From positions 1,240,001 to 1,304,000 of the forward strand of contig OZ037770.1 in assembly GCA_964035545.1 (NCBI GenBank): a DNA stretch of 64,000 bases, given 5' to 3'. The notes under the pieces are model-generated. The model saw only the letters and a list, made by a program, of their open reading frames with translations. It had not been told where the DNA came from and ran no database searches. The translations under genes were made by a program, and so were the position numbers. Below are positions 54,571-64,000 of this stretch, in pieces (position 1 is the first letter of the stretch; every line of letters begins with the position of its first letter). The stretch comes from Bugula neritina. Taxonomy: Eukaryota; Animalia; Bryozoa.

Positions 54571-56697
54571 TCTAAAGAAAGCTATAAAATAATAAAGAAT
54601 ATAAAGAAAGAGAAATACTTAACAAGACTGAAATGTTGGTGTGGGTTAGCAAGTTACTACACGGGAGAGCTTATTTTGATAATAAGAGATGCCATTGGCA
54701 AGTAATATTCTCATTAAAAGCATGTGATTCACTAAAAACAGTAGAAACATATTTTATAGATAATAGGAAAATGATATAAAAATGTGCATATTGATGCATG
54801 TTTAGGCATTTTTGTCTTCTCAGATTGAGTGATATTTTGTCAAGTGCAAAACTTCTATTGGCTAAAATTAGTACAGATCTGCGAATGAATCTAGCAATAG
54901 AAAACTTTAAGCTACAAGTGGCAGCAGAATCAAGTTATATACAAATAAAATAATAATCAATTTTTCTATGAAACAGTCGGTTTGACAAAATTGTATCAAC
55001 TTGATTTGATGTACCTAATTAGTTTGACAGCATCTGCTAAATATAATAGCAACTAAAAACTAGTCAACATTAGTTTACAGCTCTTGTTATGAATCAATAG
55101 TGTTTTTGCTGAAAGTTTGTCCAAAAAACTGCTCCTGTATTGAATGCATCAGCTTATAAGGAAGATTTAAATTTAAATTAAAAATCTAAAATAAAATATC
55201 AGTTTAGTGGCCAAGCTAATTTTTCATTTTGAGTTGGAGTTTAAAACTAGTAAGGACCCAAACTAATCAGTATTAAGGCTAACCTTTACTAGCCGCAGTA
55301 AAAAATCTGAACCATGTACTTTTTGTGAATGATGATGATTATGTATTTATACTAGTACTAATAGTAATACATGATGCTACTGACAACCATTGTAACACTA
55401 ACAGTAATAATTATACTAATAGTCATCCTACTAGGTAGTCAATGTCAATTTTATGCTTACAGTTATAGTATTAGTGATACAAATAGTAATTGAACTGTTT
55501 AAACTATAAGTAATAGTTTAAATTTAACTCATTATGATCACCATTAAGTAACACTTATACTAGTACTAATAGTAATACTAATACTATTAGTAATACAGTA
55601 ATACATTTAGTCTTACACTTACAGATACTGTAATAGTAATACTAATAGTCTAATTAAAGTTATTAAGATTTATACTATTTATGTGAATTATGGTGTAACT
55701 TATCATAGTTACTGTCACTTATAGTTATACTTATACTATACTTTACCTTATAGACTATAGGCATAAAAAATAACTAGCCCTAGCTTAAGGCTAATGTGAT
55801 CGAAATAAAAGTATACTTATAGTATAACTTCATTTTATAGTATTACTATTAAATCAGTATTATTATTAGTATTAGTATAACTACAAGTACTGTTGAGACT
55901 GTTATACTTTGAACTTTAAAGTTAACCTTGGGCTTATATTTATAGTTATACTTATAGTACTACTGGCTACTATGATACTATCACTATGGGCTATCAGTAT
56001 CACTATCACTTTGACTATCTATGTCTATATACATAGTCAAATAACTGAAATAACTATAAGTCATAGGCCCGAGAAATAATCATTATCATACTTATACTAT
56101 AAGTATGATAGTCATACTGATAGTGATACTCATACTCATGGCTGATAGTGATACTCATACTCTAATACCCATAGTCATACTGATAGTCATACTATTACAC
56201 TATCACTATGACTGATACTCGTACTGGTACTCATACCCATAGTCATATCGATGCTGCCACTTTCAAAAATTACTGGCACTAGTGATTAGCTTTTGTCAGG
56301 CTATTCAGAAAATGAAATAAATAAAAAACCACCTATGCTTGAAACTATAAGCAAAATAACCAGAAGTCCTTTAATTTTTTCACTTTCTAATGTCTTACAA
56401 AATATATTATGCAATTATAATAATTATAATGATAATATCAATACGATTACATTGAAACATTTTTGGCCTTCACCCCTCACTAATAGCACGAAACTGCATC
56501 ACAAATTAAGAACGTTCGGCGCATTATGGTGCTTCGCTTTTTACGGCTTGGCTTCTAAAGCGAGAAAAGTAGGTAAAAATTAGCAATTAGATTTTAACAA
56601 ACAGGTAAAATATTTCTCAATACAAATTCAAATTTAATTGAATGCAGTCTATGTTAGTTCTAGACGCAGGTCAAGGTTATCTCTGGGCAAAACAACC

Positions 56698-59339
56698 ATG
56701 GCTGTAGACAGAGGTGAGAACATTAAACTTCTTAAAATCAATTCGGGGGGAGTTTGAATATACAAACAAGTTCTATCTAGCAATAGCAAAGCCAATTTTA
56801 TTATTTTAAGTTTAGATTTTTTTTGGCTCACACTTTTGACAATGTGAGCTCTTCGCTTGAAGTTCGTTTTTATAGTCACAGTCATAATAACATTCATATC
56901 GACTAATTCAAATTGAGTAAGAATTTGATGATTGACTATCAGTATCAATAATATAATTAGAATAGTTTAAGATAGTAGTAGTTTAAGATAGTAATATTGC
57001 AGTATGAACTTGAAAAAACAATTTTTAATTTTTTTTAGTTAGATTATACAAATTTAAATAAAAATAACACGTTTGCTCCATTCAAATGTTTACGAAAAAT
57101 GTATTCGAACTTAAGTTAAAATTTATTTATGTTGTTTTGGTAATGATGAAAAGTTAGTTGAAATATCTTAATTGAAATATTGTGTTGTTTTGCAGGTTCA
57201 AAGGTTATTGTGGTTGTATCCTTTGCTTAGGCCACATTATTAGATGACTGGTTTGAATTTACTAAGTAATATAAGTTTGTGCTTTGACTCTAAGGAATTG
57301 TTTCTGTTTACATTATATCTTATATAGCGCATTAATATTTCAGTTACTTTGTTTGCTAATCTCTAATGTTTTAGCTAATCCAGTTTGTGTGATAATGCTT
57401 CCTTAGAACATTGTATACAGCAGCATTAATTAGAAAATTATGAATTCCAACACAAAATTAGAAACTGCTTTGGCTCTTTTGTATTAATTTAAAATTATAC
57501 TTAATGTGATCTCCTAAATAAAGTACATTCCTTAACAAAAGTTTTCTGTAGAGATCTCTGCTGCCGTATCAGATTGTATTGTACCTCAATGGATTCTACA
57601 CTCTCTTCTACACTATATGTGAATTACTCATGTTTATATACAAAGGTAAGTACGCCTGTTTACAGTAACTTCAGTTAAACTTTTTCTATGAATAGCATCT
57701 TCACCACAGAACTGTAAGTTTTGTGCTAATATTGCTTTAAAATATGCAATTAGTCGCCACTCACATGCGAATCAGATGCTTATGACATGCATGTAAAATG
57801 CATATATGATATGCCTATTTGACACCTAGGTCATACGTGAATTTTTACTTTGTGTTTTTAGCACTGCTTTAGGTTTTTAAAACTCAACTTCCATGCTATT
57901 AAAAATCAGCTTGCATTTTTTATTATAAAAATATAATCTAATAATATTATATAAAAACTAGCGGATGAAATTTCTTGAATTATTTGTATATTATTGGGAT
58001 TCATACAAATGATTTATTCAAATGTCACTATAGATTTAGTTTTGATAAAATACTCTATTTTTATTATTATCTAAAGAGGTTTGAGCTTTTTCAACTTCAG
58101 TTTGGTTTATATTACAATGTCGTACATGAAAAATATTTTTGTTCCCACTGGGAATCGAACCCGAGACCTCCGGCTTGCAAGCAAGTTTGTTAACCATTAC
58201 ACCACGGGGATGACTCGGTAAACTCATCACTACAATATGTAACATATTATTTAAGTTTTATGAAATACAAACTTGAAGATATATTTCATTGCAGGTGAGA
58301 CCTTGCCATATGCCCCGAGTAGTCTTGGCGTAGAAATAGTCATCCTGTTACTCACTTCCTCTATCGAGATTCTCAGGCTATTCTTTGGTGAGTTTGAAAG
58401 TCTTCACTTAGGCATCAATGTGTTTGCATATAATTAATTTGTGTGTTACAATTAATTGTTTCTATGTTATAAGTTGGAGAGTAAATTGTTTATACTGCGA
58501 CCATGTGTTGAGATGTAGTTCAATAGACGTCAGTGCACATCAGTTTCCTCTGTAGAGGTCATGCTTTTTGAAGAGTTATTTGATAAAATGGCTGCCCTTA
58601 TAGAAGTTTAATAACGTTTATTTCTAGTATCATGTCGTTTCTCGCAGGTAAGAAAGGTAATTTAACTGAAAGACCCCTCTCAGTTGGCGTATCTTTAGGA
58701 CTCAGTCTACCAGCCATACTAGGCAATGTGTTTCTACTCGTCTGGCAGACCTACCTGCTAAAAGCTGAACTCATCCTTATTATTATACAACTCAGCTTTA
58801 TAGGAGTGGAAATGCTGCTCGGGTTCATCGCTATTATACTATTCAGCAGGTGGGGACGCCTTTCTTTTATAACAACCCCCCTCCGCAACCTACTTTTCTT
58901 GTGATAAAGATCCGTAACTGTCTTATGTATTTCTTTATAGCTAAATCAAGTGATTGTTGATTTTCAAATGAAGGAGGCTAAGTATAGATATGTATCATTA
59001 GATCGAAATGGAAACAGTTGTTTTCTTACCAACATATCAAGTCATTTCATGTAATTACAGCAGTTTTGTTCAGTCAAATTTAAGTCTAATAATTCAGCTA
59101 GAGTTTAAGAATTTCATCATGTGTGTTACTATTGCAGTTCAATTGCTGCTTCTTTTTTTACTGATCATAGATCATAAATCTGGAAAGTTAAATTCACTTT
59201 TAAATTCGAGTGAAAGCATATTGTAAGCCTATCACATGAATGCTTTCATGTCTGTTGGCCAATCATTGAGCTTAATGGTTTTTTTATGTAATTCAGCTCA
59301 CTTTGTTCTTTTATATTTTGTAGAGCCGCACCATATTAG
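56698..59339 (+). CDS. TMEM216: Ciliary transition-zone membrane protein of the TMEM216/TMEM80/TMEM17 family (exons 56698-56713, 57196-57215, 57552-57645, 58295-58387, 58648-58849, 59324-59339)
   Basis: LYLNGFY..ELLMFIYKGETLPY..IEILRLFFGKKGNLTERPLSVG..WQTYLLKAE, with four hydrophobic segments. Assignment to TMEM216 versus TMEM80 is uncertain. Confidence 0.85.
57216..57551 (+). other. U12-type GT-AG intron in the TMEM216-like gene
   Basis: Consensus 5' site GTATCCTTT and consensus branch point TTCCTTAAC (57528-57536). The phase-0 join keeps the frame. Confidence 0.92.
58143..58210 (-). mobile_element. tRNA-derived SINE head or tRNA pseudogene
   Basis: A box TGGTGTAATGG and B box GGTTCGATTCC at tRNA spacing, but with mismatched stems. 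Confidence 0.7.
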
Positions 59340-60863
59340 TCAGCTACAAGTGAATTACTATTTGAATTGCTAATCAAAAAGAAGACAACTCTGGTGAAAT
59401 GATCTCTCCAGGATATTATTGTTTATTCGAAGACATACAGTTGGATTGGTTTAGTTTATCTCAAAATCTGCTTCAGGATTAATTGTTAATACGGCATTGC
59501 TAATATCATTATGATAATTTAAAAAAAACGGAATAACATAGAAGTCTCTCTATTAATTTTCTTTAACTTAAATTTTTTTTTAACTTCACATAATTATCAG
59601 TAAATCATATTTATCATAATATATATCTGCATGACTGTAAACTGTAGTACAATAAACTTGGCTTATACTTTTGTAATGATTTTGTTGTATTCTCAAATTT
59701 GATTGGCTTGTTTTTACTATTTCAGTCGAGATATATTTTTAGTTTGTTGTAGCGTTTGTGCGAAATTGTATGCTGTACATTTTTACATTAGAAATAAATA
59801 TTATAAGTTTACAGCTAAAAGCTTTACTTATAGCTGCTGTCTATGGATCGAAACAATATAATCACTTAGAAATAATTTATATGTATGCCATTGATGTCAC
59901 ACCATTTTCTTATAAATTGCGCTCATAATAGCGATGTATTGTATAATTATACGTGAATGATTTACAGCATACACTAATGGTAACTTGGGCCCTTTTGTGG
60001 AACAGATAAGATAACTTCATAGAGTAGCCTAATCTGTATTATTCGCAGCGTTTATGCCGTCCTACGTTTCTACAGAAACGTTTTAGCGAGGCAATTTGTA
60101 CTACTTCGACAATTTAGTTCACTACGCATGCTTACTACTATTTCCGCCTGTAAAATCAAAGAATTTCGCAGTGAATGGATCTCTTCGGGATATTGTTTAT
60201 TTGAATTGTCTATCTATAGCAAGGAAAACCGACCGAAATTCACTACTGTAAACAAATATTTAGATTTTTTAGTTTCTATTGAACCGAATTCGAACTAAAT
60301 GTGAAATAATAGTGATAACTGATAGTGATTGTGAAAGTCAAACCGAAAAGAAAACTGAATCAGTGAAACTGAAAGTGAATGGTCATTGCGATTGTTGCCT
60401 GTCAAGTGTGTACGGTGTTAATGTCATTTTGATTCTTACGGAGTTGAAGAATAATTTACGCTAGTCGATATAAGTCGATAGAGATATTGGACAACACGTA
60501 TAAACCTATAAACGTTAGCAGCAAGTGCGACGACAAGTAAATCTACTAGTACTACTACTACTACTACTAGTAACAGTAACTGTAAGACGTAAGTGTTACA
60601 AACTATAGTAGCTCTAAGTTACAGTTGAAGCTTCTGGCTTGGAGTTAGTAACAAGTAGAAGTTGTTAGGAGAAGGTGGAATTTTTTTTAGTTTCAATAAT
60701 AGTAATAACTAATACAATTAAAGTGAACTCTAAGCCAAATTTCAATTTCAATTGATGAGACAATCGAAAAGTAGTGATAAGTCAAAGTAATTGTCAGAGG
60801 TTTTCAACTTAAATTTCTCTTGTTGATGTTCTGGAAAACTAAAAGCGCATTACAAGTGTCGAG

Positions 60864-62579
60864 ATGAATGATATAGAGAAACAAAGGAATACGGGTCAAG
60901 CAGAACCTCTCGGTAGAGTGAGAAAATGGGAAGTTTTTCCTGGAAAGAATCGTTTCTGTTGCGATGGGAGAATCATGATGTCTACTCAAATTGGAATATT
61001 CTATTTCACAGTGTTTTTGATAGTGGTCACCAGTGCCTGCTCTTTTGGAATGGAGTGAGTATATGAAAGATCATATTTTCAGATCATATTTTAATCTTTA
61101 ATAGTTTAAGTTGCACTAAAATCACAACAGTTGAACAATTTTGCTCAAAAGCATTGTGATTTGAGTTTTACTCTTAAGTTTGCTTATACATGTTTAGCAA
61201 AGTTATTTCTGCAATTTATATGCTATGTCTTACCAAAAATGTAATTCTGTTTTTCAATTGAATGTGATTGTTTTTGTTTGTAATATTTAGTTTTATCAAC
61301 TACAATATTTAATTTATTCTGCGGTTTTCTTTTAGTGCCTATTACACCTGGTTACACATGCACCCGGTTGTTCCCATAGCTGGGGCTGCTCAATTTGTGT
61401 TTGTCATTGTTGTACTCTTCCGAACAGCATTCGGTGATCCTGGAGTTATCCCTCGGGCTACTCCCACTGAAGCAGCGGCAATAGAAAAACTTATTGGTGA
61501 GTCTGAGTCTGAAATCGATTGTTGTCCAATTGTTTTTGGTTTTAATTATGGTGTCGGTTTTAAAACTGTTGGAGTTTTCCTCTCTCCTTAAATGTTGTAA
61601 TGGCAACAGACTTTGAATATAATTGAATTTTTACCTTTCTCCTTAGAACTGTACTGAATTATAGATTTTTAATACAATATGTTATTTAGTATACACCCTA
61701 TTTGTTGTTTTGAATTTAAGTTATTTATTTTGCTTTAATTTTTTTTTATCGTACCTTTTTTATAAGAATCATATTTCATCATTATTTAAAAGTTATTTGA
61801 GAAACTTTTATTAATTTTTCATTTGCTGCTTACTGCGGTTTTTTTTTTGTTCACAAAAGTGGTTGTGCTTTAATTTATTCATTTTGTGTTACTTCTTCGG
61901 TTTATTTACCTCTGGTGTTGGTCTGTGCTCAAAAATATTATTTGATATTTTTCTACAGAGAGGCAGCAACAGGAAGCTGCCGCCCAGTCAACCAACGCTC
62001 CGTACCGCCCACCTCCTCGGATTCGCAACGTCACAATCAACGGAGTCGAGTTCAAACTCAAGTTCTGCTACACTTGTAAAATATTCCGTCCCCCGCGGGC
62101 CTCCCACTGCAGTGTCTGTGACAATTGTGTGGGTATGTATTATTCCAGTCATGTGACAGTTGCAACTGCTAGAAGAATGTTTCCAAGCAATTCTTTATGT
62201 TTATTATTCAGAGTGAAGGAGTTTTTGAGTCAGTTTTGAAGAAAACGTGCTGTTCTTAGATACATGAACCAGAATCTAACCATTCGGCTGAAAAGACTAG
62301 AAGTAGCTAGGAGTAAAGCTTCGGGTTGAATATAGAAATATATTGGATGTAGAAAGATATTGCAACGTTTTAACAATTTATATTTGCAGACAAGTTTGAC
62401 CACCACTGTCCTTGGGTGGGCAACTGTGTGGGCCGAAGGAACTATAAATACTTTTACCTGTTTCTAGTATCTCTAACTGTATACTGTGCGTACCTGCTGT
62501 CAGTCTCAGTGGCTGCTATAGTGCTCAGTGAGTATCACTGTTATAACTACTACTACTACTACTACTAGTACTACTACTG

Positions 62580-62617
<38 letters not shown>

Positions 62618-63740
62618 GCTACTACCTCTACTACTACTACTACTAGTACTACTAGTACTACTACTACTACTACTACTGCTACTACTAGTACTACTACTAC
62701 TACTGCTACTACTACTACTACTACTAGTAGTACTAGTACTACCACTACTACTAGTACTAATACTACTACTACTACTACAGCTACTACTACTACTACTACT
62801 GCTACTACTACTACTACTACTACTGCTACTACTACTCCTACTACTACTACTACTACTACTATTACTACTACTACTACCACTACTACTACTACTACCACTA
62901 CTACTACTACTACTACTGCTACTACTACTACTACTACTACTACTAGTAGTAGTAGTACTACTACTAGTACTACCACTACTACTAGTACTAATACTACTAC
63001 TACTACTGCTACTACTATTGCTACTACTACTACTACTGCTACTACTACTACTGCTACTACTACTACTACTAGTACTACTACTACTACTACTACTAGTACT
63101 ACTACTACTTCTACATCAATTGTGTTGCAGGGTCAAAAGAAGAGTCGTTTGCAGTTGCTATGCAACAAGGTCCACTCAGCCCAGTCGTAGCCTTGGTGGC
63201 CTTCTTCTCCATCTGGTCGGTGGCAGGTCTGGCCGGGTTCCACACGTACCTCACTGCGCTCAACATGACCACCAACGAGGATGTAAGACACCATATCACA
63301 ATCTCATAGAGCTTATAGTAGTATAGTATATATTCACTTTGATATGACTCACTCTGAATATATTCTGCAGATAAAAGGTACTTTCAAGCCGAGCACGGGG
63401 AACCCCTTCTCGGCAGGAAGTTATTTCAGTAACTGCGGAGTCGTAGTCTGTGGTCCCAACCCTCCTTCGCTCATAGACAGACGGGGGTGGGTCTCTGAAC
63501 ACGACATACCCCCCGCACCAGCAGCTTCTGCGTCAGGTTGGCGTCTCTAGGCTATTACATTATACTTTTGGTAATATCTCTTTTCTATTAGTTTATTTTT
63601 TAATGCAATAGAAATTATTTAATTTTGTTGATTTGCCGTTTTAATTACTGGTTTCTTGTCTATTCAGGTACGGTAACTCGAGAGTTTGCCAGCAGTGCAC
63701 CTGGCGCTCACTCTGTCGGTCGGCCTCCTTCCACTATGCA
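60864..63740 (+). CDS. DHHC palmitoyltransferase, ZDHHC14/18/9 (Erf2) subfamily, 3' end outside the window
   Basis: [85 protein letters not shown] and NPFS. Confidence 0.95.
62546..63113. repeat. (CTA)n microsatellite, ~570 bp, filling a ZDHHC intron
   Basis: Directly visible between the GTGAGT donor (~62528) and the tgttgcag acceptor (63130). Confidence 0.98.
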
Positions 63741-64000
63741 AGTGAGTCAGCACCCCCCTTGTACACCACTAGTTATCCACCCCCTTTATTCACCACTTGT
63801 TATCCAACCCTTTTATACGCCACTAGTCATTCCCCTTTATGTTCTCATAATGATCCACCCCTTGTACAATGTCAGTAGCCACTCTCCTGTTATACATTTA
63901 CTTATACACTCCTCATATATCTTCACTTCTTATTCATCTCCATAAGGTCTATCCACAGCAAACACATATTGAGACGCGTTTGTACGTTACCAGACTGTTC

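Noticed and set aside
58143-58210. Functional tRNA gene
   Set aside because: Acceptor, anticodon and T stems are mismatched and related decayed copies exist, so it is better explained as a SINE head.
62506-63326. Poly-Thr/Val/Leu ORFs that look mucin-like (also 34059-34476)
   Set aside because: (CTA)n/(TAG)n tracts inside introns whose flanking exons join in frame without them.

Overview
AT-rich, intron-containing eukaryotic DNA, most likely an invertebrate animal; the species cannot be determined from the sequence. 1-12.4 kb is a tandem duplication of a divergent two-exon protein kinase: copy 1 is a pseudogene, copy 2 is intact. Upstream of the kinases are minus-strand type I hammerhead-ribozyme motifs. 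Two of them bracket a hairpin-rich 264-nt unit that looks like a non-LTR retrozyme, and the paralogous site carries only a solo ribozyme. Then come an unidentified + strand gene (~16.4-20.1 kb) and a dense block of conserved genes: WDR33(-)/SSU72(+), CEP97(-)/RPL24(+) and FBXO42(-)/TMEM216-like(+), each pair head-to-head, followed by a ZDHHC14/18/9-type palmitoyltransferase that runs off the window. A group III PLA2-like gene lacking its catalytic residues is nested antisense in a CEP97 intron. SSU72 and the TMEM216-like gene each have a U12-type intron. Several introns consist largely of tandem copies of their own splice junction. Degenerate hexamer tracts occupy the 5' regions of the housekeeping genes. 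MITEs, tRNA-derived SINEs and microsatellites are also present. All exon coordinates were read by hand.
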